DNA from: the human T2T-CHM13v2.0 reference genome, Homo sapiens
Strand: one strand, 5' to 3'
Length of the DNA: 64,000 nt
Assembly (NCBI RefSeq): GCF_009914755.1
Contig: NC_060934.1
Part shown: positions 10,809 through 26,880 of the stretch, one piece after another
How positions within the stretch are numbered: the first letter of the stretch is position 1
Layout: each line of letters begins with the position of its first letter
Notes under the pieces: generated by a model
Databases searched by the model: none
Seen by the model: only the letters and a program-made list of their open reading frames with translations
What the model was told of the DNA's origin: nothing
Position numbers and translations under genes: made by a program

Positions 10809-11999
10809 GTTCCAAGCTTATCAGCTATTGCTAATGATAGCCAATACTTAGTGGGTGCTAATTGTGTGCCAAGTCTGATCTGAGCACATTGCATAAACTC
10901 CCTCAGCTAATTCTCACAATAAGGCTAGATGGTGGGTAGGTACTATTATTGTCCCCACCTTACAGATAAAGATCCTGCGGCAGAGAGGTTAAGCACAGAT
11001 TAGAGCTGGGATTTGAACCCAGATAGTCTTTTTCGAGAGTCAGAGCCCAGAAACAACCAGGAGGCCTGGATTCTGAGTCTGTAGGCCTAATGACCAAGGG
11101 GATAGGGAGTTCAGAGAAGTGGAGTAACTGGCCCTTGGCCACACAGCTCATATGTGAAGGAGCTAGGATTTGAATCCAGATGTTGGGCTACAAAGGCCAG
11201 GGCTTAACCACTCTGTGGTAAGATAACTTCCAACCCATGGTAGGGAACACAGTGGGAGGAGGGGGAATTGATGGTGTGTCTGAGCAGGGCACCCAGGCAA
11301 GCATCAGAGGGGAGGGGACCTTCAGGAGCCCCATGCTTGGTGTCTTTCTCTCCTGTCTGAGTCCTGCCTTTCATTGGCTCTCCCTTGAGAGGAATTTGGA
11401 CTGGAGGCTTGAAGGGAGGGGAATTCCTTCCTGAGAGCCTAGCCTGACACCTGACCTCCCAGTCTTTGGTGGGGAGGGTACCTTGGGGAGGTGTCTCCTA
11501 GGAGGGCGTGGGGAGCTGGGGGCTGGCTCTGCTGGAAGGCAGGAGTACTGGGCACTTTCCCCCTCTGCTCCTCCCCTTAGTCCCACTAATGGATGTTTCC
11601 AGGGCTCCTGTCTTCCTCTGGGTCTGTCCTTGCAGTGGTAGTGGAGAGGGGTGAGGGGCCACTCCTTAATATTCACAGAAAATGCATAGAGTACCTACTA
11701 TCTGCAAGGCATGGGGTAGGGTATGCATGGGGACACAGAGGTGCAAAAGACATGGCTCTGTTCCTTCTGATCTAGTTGTAAGAAAAAGATACAAGGCAGG
11801 CAGAGGAGGCAGGAGAAGCCTCATCTCACTGAGCCCCAAGGGTGGGACAAGCCGTGTTTGATGTCCAGGATGACCTAGTGGGGTCCAGGTAGAGTAAACT
11901 TTGGCCTTCTTTTCCCCTCTCCCTCTCCCAGCCCCCAGCATGAAGAGGTTATGCAGATGGCCACTCAGAAGGTGAAGGACTGGTCTCTGCAGGGCCAGG

Positions 12000-12225
12000 C
12001 AGTGCAGTGTAGCAATGGTGCGAGAGCCTGGGCTCTGCAGACGATGGAGCCAGGTTCAGATCCTGGCCACATATTAGCTGTATGACCTTGGGCAAGTACT
12101 TAACCTCATTTCCTTCTTTGTAAAATGGAATTTCTTCAGCAGTTACTGTGAGAAGCAAATAAGGTGAATGGAAAGAAAGCCCCCTGCACAGTGCCAACAC
12201 ACAGAATGAACACCTAGGAATGTTA
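12000..12225 (+). mobile_element. MIR
   Basis: tagctgtatgaccttgggcaagtacttaacctc core. Confidence 0.75.
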
Positions 12226-13156
<931 letters not shown>

Positions 13157-13927
13157 TTATGTAAGAACTGCGCATGATCAGAGAGCTGTGAGTCCACACC
13201 TGACAGCTCCGAGGGCTGTAACGGGCAGAGGGGACTGGCTGAAAGCCTCCTGGAAGAGGAGCATGGACACTCTTTACCTGGCAGCTCTGTCGTGGGGACC
13301 CCCGGGGGCCCCTGACACGGGACAGGGTGAATGCAAGGAGGGAAACTTGACAGGAACCAAGCCGAGGTGAGGGCTGCACCATGGGGCTGTTGTCAGGGGA
13401 GCTCTCTCTCTGTGGCCATTTGACCTGGTTCTGCAGCCTGGGCAGGAGAAGGCTGCTCTCTGATGTAGTGCCCCTTCTTGCTGAGGCCGAACCAGGGCCT
13501 AAGCAGCAGGTGGAACACCTGGGCACTGTGCCGGGCATCTGTCCATCTTGGAGCATCCACAGCCTGTCCAGACCTTTCCCCCAGCTGATAAAGGGGACCA
13601 TTTGTTCAAAAAAATGTGTATTCGTAGTTTGTTGTGAGCAAAGTTCTATATAAATACCTCTTAGATCAAACTTGCTAATTATGTTATCAAATTCTACATT
13701 TTTTCACTCTTTTATTGTCTATTTCAATGGTTCTCAAAGTATGGTCAGTGTTCCCCAGGGGGACCCCGAGACTCTTTCCGGAGGGGTATACAGGGTCAAA
13801 ACTGTACATAATTCAAATGCCCATTCAAGGTACAAGATAGTCCAATGGATTTTAAGGTAATTGGGTAAGAGAAGCTTATTGATATGGTTTCAGATTCTGC
13901 ATTACATTTAAGAAACTACACATGTCA

Positions 13928-14258
13928 GGCCAGGCGCGGTGGCTCATGCCTGTATTCCCAGCACTTTGGGAGACCGAGGTGGGTGGGTTGCTTGAGCCCA
14001 GGAGTTTTGAGACCAGCCTGGGCAACATGGTGAGACTCTGTTTCTACTAAAAATACAAAAAAATATCCAGGCATGGTGGTGTGTGCCTGTGGTCCCAGCT
14101 ATTCAGGAGCCTGAGGTGGGAGGATCGACACTTGAGTGGGGGTTGGGGAGTGGGGTTTGTTGAGGGGAGGCAGTGGAGGTTGCAGTGAGCCAAGATCACG
14201 CCACTGCACTCCAGCCTGGGTGACAGAGCGACACCCTGTCTCAAGAAAAAAAAAAAGA
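13928..14258 (+). mobile_element. Alu (AluJ-like) with G-rich internal insertion
   Basis: 18-bp TSD aagaaactacacatgtca (13910-13927 / 14259-14276). Confidence 0.93.
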
Positions 14259-14666
14259 AAGAAACTACACATGTCAGTCTTTGGGGTAGTATCAAAGAAG
14301 CATACTCACAATTAACTGAAAAGGCCATCAAAATACTCCTCCCTTTTCCAACTACATTTATGTGTGAGGCCAAATTTTCTTCATATACTTCAACCAAAAC
14401 AACATATGGCAACAGACTGAATGCGGAAGCATATATGAGAATCTGCTGGCTTCTGTTAAGCCAGACATTAAAGAGATTTGCAAAAATGTAAAACAATGTC
14501 ACTCTTCTCACTAAAATTATTTTTTGTTTTGAAAAATACAATTATTTTTCATAAAAATTTATATTAACATATAAACATTTATTATTTTAAAGCATTAATG
14601 CATTTAACTTTTTCCTCATTATTAATTCCAAATATGGTGAATAATGATAGGTATAAACCCACGTAA

Positions 14667-14991
<325 letters not shown>

Positions 14992-16093
14992 GGGGTCTCA
15001 ATTTTTAAGAGTGCAAGGAGGTTCTGAGACCAAAATGTTTGAGAACTGCTGGGCTACTTAATCTGTGCATTTCTGATAGAGGTGTATGAAATCTATTGTG
15101 CATATGGGTTTGGCAATTTTTCCTTTTTTTAAAATCAATTTTTGCTTTATATACCTTAATGCTATGTTGTCAGGTGTATAAAAGCTTCATGATTATTATA
15201 GCTTCTGGTTGAATTGTAACTTCTATCTGTATGAAATATCCTTTTTTGTTTCTTTTAATGCCTTAGGCCTTAAGAATAATGATTTCATGAACCAACACTT
15301 AAATAGAACCTGCTATGGGCCAGGTATGGATGTGAAAGAGACTTGGTCCTTGTTGGTGTGGAGTACACAGGCACGGGAAGGCAGCGTATGTGGTGCGGCA
15401 GGCATAGTCTAGGCTTTGGAGTCAGACTGACCTGTGCTGAATTCTGAGCACTTCCTAGTGGTGTGTCCTTGGGCCTGTGTATGTTGGACCTTGAACCTCA
15501 GTTTCTTTATCTGTAAAATAGAGTTAATAGCATCTATGTACTGGTAGTGCTGGTTGCTGAAGGCTTCCTGAGATAATGAGTGACAGCAGCACCCTGCAGA
15601 GTGCCCTGTGTAGTAGCTCTGTGGTCAGTGCTGCAGCAGATCCGCCAGCCAGGAGATCTGCCCTGTTTATGCCTCCTGACAAGGCCCCCAGGAGAGGCAG
15701 TGTGGGGCAGTGGGGAGTACACCAAGCTGGGATTCAAAAGATCCTGAGTTACACCTTTTTAATTTACTAGCAAAAGTAATTTAATTACCTTTTAATTTAC
15801 TGAGACCCTGAGTCTCAGTTGCCTCATCTGTGCGGTGGCGGGGACCACATTGCCCTGCATTCTCTGTGGGTTTATCTTGAGGATCCAATGAGATAATGGA
15901 AGGGGCTTGGGATGATGATGGAGGTGGGGCTGAGGAATGGAAGGAGGCCCCCAGGTTCGCTGTTGCCTCCCCTGTCCCGGGCTAGGAGGAGGCCTTGCCA
16001 GGACAGGCTTGCTTGGGCCCCCAGGAGGGCTGGGATGACTGAAGTGGTAAGACAGGGTCTTGTCATTATTTCAGACTCCTGGAATTGTCTGCC

Positions 16094-16393
16094 TTTTTTT
16101 TTTTTTTCCTTTTTGAGATGGAGTTTCGCTATGTTACCAGACTGGAGTGCAGTGACTCGATCTCGGCTCACCGCAACCTCTGCCTCCTGGGTTCAAGCGA
16201 TCCTCCTGCCTCAGCCTCCTGAGTAGCTGGGACTACAGGCGCGTGCCACCACGCCCAACTAATTTTTGTATTTTTAGTAGAGACGGGGTTTCACCATGTT
16301 GGCCAGGATGGTCTTGATCTCTTGACCTCATGATCCGCCCACCTCGGCCTCCCGAAGTGCTGGGATTACAGGTGTGAGCCACCGCGCCCGGCC
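16094..16393 (-). mobile_element. Alu (AluSc-like)
   Basis: aggatggtcttgatctc diagnostic; TSD ttgtctgccttt. Confidence 0.94.
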
Positions 16394-17154
16394 AGTTGTC
16401 TGCCTTTTACAATCCCAGTGCTCCTCTGCTAGGGTGGTGTCTTCATAGCAGCTGCCATTAAGTGCCCATTAAAAAACTGGGGTGAGTGGTCTAATTAATG
16501 AAACTATCAGTGCTGGCAGGCACCTACTGTCCCCAGGCATCACCCTCCTGGTCCCCCACCATTTTCTATAAAAGGAAACTAAAAATTGGCCTTCCTGAGC
16601 CCGCAGTCTAGAGCTCTTCCTACCATACCTCCAGTTGTTTTACTTTCCTGCATTTTAGCTTTTGTCGGTTGCAAAGTCTGTCCCAGAGGCCCCCAGCTGT
16701 GCAGGGCCTCCCTGCTGAGCAGCCTGTGCTCTGGTTGGCAGTTCAGGCAGGCCTGCTCAGCATCGCTGGGTAGGCTGGTTACAGAGGGGCTTGAGCGAGA
16801 CTTACTGGCAACTGAATCAACTGACGAGGGGGGCCAGCCTCGGTCCTCCCTTCCATGAGCCTAGCCACTGAGAGGCTCTCCGACTTGTCCTGATCTCACA
16901 TGGCTTGAGGAACAAAAGCAGAGGCGAGGCTTCTCTTGGGCCTGGGGGCTGAGTCCAGCTCAAAGTGTGCCCGTCTGAAGCATGAAGGCAGGTGGGATGG
17001 GATGAGCACTGCTGGCATTCTCTAGTTGGGGCTATGGATGGAGAGAAGGCTGAATACTGCTCTCCTCTTCTGCCTGGGTTCCCAGCGCACCTGGAGTCCC
17101 TGGGCTGTGGCCAGTTGGCAACACTGGTTAGAAGCACATTGGAGAGGCTGTCTA

Positions 17155-17370
17155 ATGTTTTGGTTAAGAGCGTGAACTCTGGGGCCAGACTGGGTTCTGA
17201 TTTTAGCAATGCCACATGACCTTGGGCAAGTTATTTAACCTCTTTGTGCTCCAGTTTCCTCATCTGTAAAATGGGGATATTAATAACAATAATTTCTTAG
17301 AGAATTGTTGAGGTTAGAGTTAATTTTAAAAATTGTTTAGGACAGTGAACAGTAAGCACTGTATAATTGT
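17155..17370 (+). mobile_element. MIR
   Basis: tggttaagagc...gaccttgggcaagttatttaacctc...cagtttcctcatctgtaaaatgggga. Confidence 0.8.
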
Positions 17371-17479
17371 TAGTTAATATTATTGAATGTGGGCATGACA
17401 GTGGTCTTTAGAGACCATCGCCAAATCCTGTAGCTCTTCACTCCCAGTTTCTCTGATATCCCCCAGCATTCTCCCTCCT

Positions 17480-17900
17480 TTTGCTCTCCGCACATCCTCC
17501 CTGCTCCCTCTGCAGTCTCAGTTTTCCACTCTGCAAGAGCCAACAAGATCATTTCAAACTGCAAACCTGATGGTCTCACCCTTCAGCTCAAGCCCCTCAG
17601 TGGCTCTTACTGTTCTTCGGGTAAAGTTCTTACCCAGGCTCTGGGTAAAGCTCTTACCCAAGGCCAGGTCCCCTTGCTGGGCACTGTCTGGAAGCGTGAA
17701 GCTCCCTTTGCATATATAATGACACTGGTCATTATATAACTGTGTTTATTTTATCAACGTCCTGGCTTCTCACTGGACTGAGAGATCCACAAGGGTATGC
17801 CCTCATCTTGTTCATCTCAGTTGCTCCCAGACCCCTGTCAATCACATAATGGGTGCTCCATAAATGTGTGGTGAATGAATGACTGAACGGATGGATGAAT
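17480..17900 (+). mobile_element. L2 3' end fragment
   Basis: ...gggtgctccataaatgtgtggtgaatgaatga L2 terminal signature. Confidence 0.6.
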
Positions 17901-18169
17901 AGTTGGTGGGAGGAAGTAGTAGAAGGAAGGAATCTTTGGAGCCAGATGGGCTCAGGCGGGAGCCCAGAACCTTTTTCAGGACCTGTTGGAGTTCTTGAGA
18001 GGCCCAAGGAAGATCAGGAAAATTCTAGCAGGGAGCTGGTGAGGACCGAGTGGAGTGGAGTGATACGTCAGTTGCGGTGCTTGCTGCCGACTGGGGAGTG
18101 ATGGACATGCTCCCTAAGTGTGGGTCGACCTCTCTTTCTCCTTCCTTTCATGAATACTTGTTTAGGGCC

Positions 18170-18360
18170 TCCTAGGTGCTTGGTATTATGTTCCCTGCTC
18201 TCCCGTATATTATTTCATTTCATCATCCGGATAGTACTGTGAGGGAGGCATTATTATCCCCATGTTATATGAGAAAATTGAGGTTCAGAGAGGGTCAGCA
18301 ACTTGCCCAGAGTCACACAGCCAAGAAGCAGCAGAGTCAGGACTTGAACCCAGGACTTCC
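18170..18360 (-). mobile_element. MIR
   Basis: gagaaaattgaggttcagagagg...acttgcccagagtcacacagc. Confidence 0.7.
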
Positions 18361-21251
18361 TCCTGTGGATATGAGAAGTGACTGGGGGTAATGCCACTCT
18401 GTTGAACACTGACCCAAACTGGCATGCTGGGGAAGGCAGCCCTAGGGGAGCAGACCCTTCCATGATAATCAAGTCACCGAGGTTGCAGCAGGTTTGACCC
18501 AGTTGGCTGGGTTGTTGCCTTTAGGGAGCTCACAGTCTAGAGGTAGAGGGGGAGCCAGCTGATATACAAATACGCAAATAGCTTATCATTGCAACTAGGG
18601 TGACTTCCTGGGAGATGGGTGGAGAGGCGCCCCAGGGCCTGCTCTTTGTGGGAGCTGGAAAGAGCACCAGATGCAGAGTGAGAGCTGCCTATGCCTATTA
18701 GGCTTTGCCTCTACCACTTCTGGGCTGTGGGAACTCAGGCACATGAATCCCTGTGCCTCAGTTTCCTCATCTGCAAAACAGGGACAGGAAGAACTTCTTT
18801 GTAGATTTTTTTGGAAGATTAAATGAGAGGTACTTGAAAGTGCTTAAAACTGCTAGTGTTAAGTATTCAAAGGGTTTTGTACAATCACAAGAGGTGGGCG
18901 GCATGGCCCCCCCACCGCTTTGCCTTGGCTATGGCTATGTGGGGCCCTTGGGACCCCAGATTTATAAAATGTTGCAGCTGAAAGCTCTCCTATATTCTCC
19001 TGACCACCCAGGGGCTGTGAAGGCGGTACTAAAGGTTCATAAATGATTCTCCATGTTTCCCCAAATCAACACAGAAGGGTTCATTTGCTGTAAACAAAAC
19101 AGCAGACTTCTTTGCTTTTGGCTGAATTACAGCTCTCAGGATGGAACTCCTCTCATGCTGAACAGAAGTCGGCTGGCAGTCCCTGCATCTCTGATTAATA
19201 TAAAAAACAGAGGCTGGGAGGGGGAACTGACTTGCTGGCACGGGACAATAGGTCAGAGAGGCTTCAGGCTACTTTGTGCTGGGCGCCAGGGGAGGAAGTG
19301 AGGAACCCCCAGGGAGGACCCTGGGGGCAGGATTGTGGAGGGGAAATCCAGGGCAGGAGTGTTAGGGGTGGGGGCAGGAGTGACAGGGAATCCTGGGCAG
19401 ACAATGGCCTCCTTAAGGAGAGGGTGAGGGTGTGGAGAAGCGGCATGGCCACAGCTAGTGAGGGTGAGGAAGTAGCGGACTGAGGCTCTTCCCCCTAACC
19501 CCGGCCAATGGAGCAATTGTCCTCTGCTGGGAGGGAGCTGGGCCTGGGCCTGGGAACAGCTGGATGCCTGCCCTTAGGGCCACCGAGGTGGTCCTGGCCT
19601 CCTTGCCTGGTCCCAGAATAGCTCCTCTGTGCAGGCTGCTGATCCTTCAGGCCCCAGTAGGGGTTACCCAGTCCTACTTCTTCCAGTTGGCAGTTTGGGG
19701 TATGGATGCCCACCCAAGGCTCTCTGAAGAGGGGCCCCCACTTCCCTTCTGCCCACTTCTGGGAAACCTGAGCCCTGTTTAGGCTGGTCGCTGAGGCCAG
19801 GGCTCAGCCCACTTCCTGGAGCTGTCTGTTTCCAGCTCTACCCTGCTGCCCTGTGGCCGGCTGGCTTGGCTTTTGGGTCTCAGCTGCTTTACCTGTAAAG
19901 TGAGAGAGTTGAGCTATGAACAGCAGTGCCTCTCCCCCAGTGGATAGCCTGTCCGGCCTGGGGTGGGGCATGGGCTCAGTCCTCAGGACCCCTGGGGCTG
20001 GCACTCAGGGGAAGGGCCAGGGCTGCTAACTTCCTGCTGGGTTCAGCACAGCCCTACAGGATCAAGAACTGCCATGCCCCAAGAGCCGATAGAGCCCCTG
20101 TTGAGATGCACTGCTAGATCGATGCTTTTCACTCTTGTTGTTTTTAGGGTAGCGCCATCCTGTTTTCAAACGATGTGGCTTGTGGGAACTCGACAGATAA
20201 AACAGATGAAAGGGGCAAGTATGGTTAGGGCTGGTGGGGGGCCCAGTGGGAACCCTCCCTAGGCCCTCAGCCGGGCCTCTCTGCAGCTGGCTGTGCCCTG
20301 TGTGCGCGGTTCTGGGTGTTCTGTTCTGATTGATGGGGCATCTGCTGAAACTGGCAATGTCCGTGCTGTACCGGTTGTTACTCCTTACCCTGGCACATGC
20401 CGCAGGGTTTTGTCTTTTTGTTTAATCTAAGAGATAGGATGGGCAGACAGGGTTTGGAGATTAACTTCCTGTGGCTGTGAATTGTCCTTGGTCTCCTGGG
20501 CCAAGGCTTGACCAGGCTGGCTGAGACCAGGCTGCTGACATGGGCACACCCCCCAGCCAGGAGAGGAGAGGGGTTCCCAAACTTTATATTGCAAAGCAAT
20601 CACTATAGAAGCTGATTAAAGTATATATTTAGATTGCGGGGCCACTGCACATATTCCAGTTCAACACCTGTGACTCCCAGGCAATTTTGAGGCAGTGGGC
20701 TGCAGACCAGGATGGGAAGTGCTAGCCTCCCAGGGGGCTGTGCCTGCTCCTTGTTCCACCGCTGCCTCCCCCTGCCCCAGCCGGCCACAGCCTCCCTCCA
20801 GGGCCCTGCTGGTGGGCCTCCTTCAGGCTGAAATGAGAACTCTTTCCTTCTGGAAGCTGCATACAACCTGGCATCCCCTCCACAGTCCTTTTCCCTGTCC
20901 CCCTCTGTGTGGGGTAAGTAGTTGGGTTCACAGCCACCTTATCTGCTCCAGCGCCCAGCTCAGGGCTATGATTAATGATGGTGTCGGCAGACATTAGTGT
21001 GCCCAGGCCCTAGGCTAAGTGCCTTATCATCTCATTTAAACCTCTTGACAATGCTACGAGACGGGTGTTATTATTATCACCCTCCCCCACTCCATTTACA
21101 GATGAGAACTCAGAGGTGATTGAGTAACTTGCCCAAGGTCACAGAATGGGGAGTCTCCCAGGTAGATCTGACTCGACTTCACACATGCTGGGTACTGGGA
21201 GGGCAGCCAGCCCTGGCCTCTGTCTGGGTTTTCATAATCACCCTTCAATGA

Positions 21252-22065
<814 letters not shown>

Positions 22066-22979
22066 TGTTAGTATTATTATTAATGAGGACTTGAGTCTTA
22101 AGACTTCCCAGAGGTTGGTGCTTAAGGAAAGATCCCATGGGAACAGCGGCTGAGAATTGCTGGGGTCCTGGGGAGGAAGGCTCATTACGGTGTGTTTGGG
22201 AGTCACATCTGTGACCTTGTTTCTTCCTTATGACAACTTAGGGAGGCATGCATGGACAGTCCTTATTTTACAGATGAGGAAACTGAGGCTCAGAGAGGTT
22301 AAGTTCACTTACTCAAGGTCTCTCTGCCAGTAAGTGATGGAGCCCAAGTTGAACAAAGTCCTGACTCTGCGGAGATGCCATGCTTTTCTTATTGCCCCAT
22401 GAATTAAGATTGGGCCAAAATCAGAGAAATGGAAAAGGCCTGAGATTTGTCCCCTACCAACCCACCCTGGAGGGCTCTGAAGCCAGCTCAAGGTCTGCTG
22501 GAGACAAAGAGGTCCATGCCCTGTTGACCTAGTTATGTGGCGAGGCAACTCGGGGTCAGGGAAAGGTGCATTCTTTCCCTTCAACTTGTATTACCCAGCT
22601 TCTGGCTTCCTGGAATTTTTGTTAATATTCCAAATCACTTGGTAATAAGTTCTCTTCCCCACGGTTTTTGCAAACAGGAACCGAGCACCCTTCAACTAGA
22701 AGAACACACACTTTCACACCCTTTTCTCCTTTAAACTGGTGCCAGGGCCCTGTTAGGAGAAAGGAGCTCTGGATAAGAAACCAAGAGGCGAGGTGTGGCA
22801 GAGGAACCAGAAGGCCTGAGAGGAGTTTGGTGACAACATCCTGGGCCCAGGCCCATGTCGCAGGAGGCAGAAGGGACCGTGGACTTGATGCCTAAAGACC
22901 CAGTGTGAGTCCCTGGCCTGCCATTCCCTGTCCTCCTCGGGGCTGCACTTCCCCTCCCTGGGTCCCAATTTCCCTCTTA

Positions 22980-23303
<324 letters not shown>

Positions 23304-23399
23304 AATACCCTCCTGGTGAGAGGATCAGGTGATAAAATACATGTGAAGAGGCTGTACCCTTGTAATTATTTGGTTACGTGGAGGTCAAGTTTGCCTAGC

Positions 23400-24300
<901 letters not shown>

Positions 24301-24929
24301 GGAACCTTTGGTATCCTTCTGGGCAAGTGAGGGAGCAGGGCCCCCACGTACCTGCTGGCACCTGAGAGAGAACCCCATGGGAGAGGAGAAGGAGCCGGAG
24401 AATGAAAAGACTGAGATGGGCATCCCAGGTTCCCCAAAGGAGCCCAAAGCTTGGCCACTGACCGACATGCATCTGGCATGTTCTGGGGCCTCATGAGGCT
24501 GGGCACTGGGCTGTGTGTGTTGCGGATGTCAACTCACTGTGTCCTCACAGCAGCCCTTTGGTGTAGGTCTGTCCTACCATCATCCCTGTGTGACACAGCG
24601 GGACTGAGTGATGAAGTATAATAGCTTGCTCCGTCCGGGTCACATAGCTGGTTATTGGAAAGAGACGGCTCTAGGAACCTGTGGTCCCTTCACGAGTCCA
24701 TGACCTTCACTGCTAGGCTACATAGTCTATTCAGCCTGATTCTGGGGCTGCCCAGTAAAGGCCAATCAAGGACCCTAGCTACATACACACACATTGCACA
24801 CCTCGAGGCACGGCTGTCTACTCCATCTCATGCTGGCCTTTCTGAGCTTGGACTGCCTGGGACACGGGGGCCTCTTTGGGTCAGGAAGGGGTGGCCGATG
24901 GGACACCTTGGAGCAGGACGAGGGAGTAG

Positions 24930-25075
24930 CCTCCATCAATTCCCTATTGTTTAATCAATGAGTAACCTGGCCGTTCGGGGCTCCTGGTGCCTGCTATAGG
25001 CCCCCCACTATTCATTGATCTGGGAAGGAGACTTGGTTAATTGCCCACCCAAAGTAAACAGGGCTGGGATAACCG
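24930..25075. promoter_or_regulatory. Candidate endoderm/ductal enhancer
   Basis: Clustered ONECUT, SOX, FOXA, HNF1 half-site and GATA motifs in non-repeat DNA; motif evidence only. Confidence 0.4.
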
Positions 25076-25442
25076 AGGCTGACAGCAGAGAGTTTTCCTT
25101 GGCTGTGCTGCCCTTTGCCCTTTGGGAAGGGGCAAAAGAGAGCGAAGGGGAAGGGCCGTTCTTGGAATGTCTTTGGAATGAGGGAGGGAAGACTGGCTTC
25201 TTGGGGTCCCAAAGACTCAATCTGTCTGTCCTTCTGGAAATTAAGTCCTCTGCCAGGCTTTATTGTGCCTTGCGAAAGGGATGGGAGCTGGGGCCGGCAA
25301 GACTCTCACGTATCTCTCTTCATGCCCCCTTTGTCCATCTGTCCATCTCTTCATCCCTCCCTTTTGACATCCTTCCCTCCTTTCTTTCTTCCACTCACTC
25401 ATTCTCCCCTTTCATCCATTTGTCCCCTCCCCTCATTTAATT

Positions 25443-25704
25443 CACCCAGGCTGGAGTGCAGTGGTGCAATCATGGCTCGCTGCAGCCTCTATGTCCTGGG
25501 CTCAAGTGATCCTCCCACCTCAGCCTCCTGAGTAGCTGGGACTACAGGTGTGCACGGCTACGCCTGGCTAATTTTTTTTAGTTTTTGTAGAGACAGGGTT
25601 TCATCACGTTGCTCGGGCTGGTCTTGAACTCTTGGGCTCAAGGGATACCCCCACCTCCATGTCCTAAAGTGCTGGGATTACAGGCGTGAGCCACCACGCC
25701 CAGC
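25443..25704 (-). mobile_element. AluJ (tail truncated)
   Basis: Alu consensus preceded by a CT-rich tract. Confidence 0.9.
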
Positions 25705-26577
25705 CCATTCTTCCCTTATTCTGCTCATCTGTCTGAAAGTTCATCCCCCACCTTGTTCCCTCCATCCTTTTTGCCCCTCTCCCCCAACACACATTTTTTT
25801 TTTATCTTCCTTTCCCTCATGCAGCAAGCACAGGCTTCTTGAGAAAGCCAGGGAAGAGGTGGGTGGGAGTCCTGTGGGCTCTTCCCGTGGGGGCCAAGCC
25901 CAGCCATGGGGTTCTGAGTCTGGGCCCCCACGTAGCCCTGGCAGAGTTAATTGCCTGGCTTCAGACATGCAGGCCACTCACTCAGGTTAGATGGAGCCTC
26001 ATTGTCCCTGGAAGGAGAAAACTTGTTCCTTCAACATAGGGACCATGTCAGTTTTTGTCCAAATGGGGACGCTTTGGAGAGTGGAAAGGGTTCTCTTGAC
26101 AATAGGAGTTACCACACCCAGGCAAGGGGAGTAGCCTGGGACTGTCCTGGGCAAAGAGGGACATTTGTCCTGGGCAGAGAGGGACATTTGTTCCTCCTCC
26201 TTCAGCCCCAGCCTTGAGAGGGCCTGTGACTTAGCATCCTTTCTCTCCCAGAGCTGAGCTGGATTTTGGGGTTGGTCCTGTGTGTAGAAACCCACGTCAG
26301 CGTCAACCGCTTGGTGAGAGTTTGGTGTCTGACTCCTTCTGGGATCCCAAAGCCCACGGTCCCGTGTGACGTGGAATAGTCCCTAAAGGGCTTTCCAGAA
26401 GTTATCGCATCCTAACAGTCCTGTGTGGAGGACAGTGTGAGGTTAGTTTGTCCCTTTTACACATGGAGAAGCTGAGGCTCCAAGTGTGAAGGATTTGCTG
26501 AAGCCTGGATAGACCAGCTGGATAGACCTCTAAGCCCACACTTAGGCTACTCAGTAAAATCACATTAAAAAAAATCA

Positions 26578-26880
26578 GGCCAGGAACAGTGGCTCATGCC
26601 TGTAGTCCCAGCACTTTGGGAGGCCAAGGCGGGTGGATCACTTGAAGTCAGGAGTTCAAGACCAGCCTGGCCAACATGGCGAAACCCCGTCTCTACTAAA
26701 AACACAAAAATTAGCCGGGCGTGGTGGCGCACGCCTGTAGTCCCAGCTAATCAGGAGGCTGAGGCAGGAGAATTACTTAAACCGGGGAGGTGGAGGTGGC
26801 AGTGAGCCAAGGTTGCACCACAGCACTCCAGCCTGGGTGGCAGAGTGAGACTCTGCCTCAATGAAAAAAAAAAAAAAAAG
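26578..26880 (+). mobile_element. AluS
   Basis: Full-length with poly(A). Confidence 0.94.
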
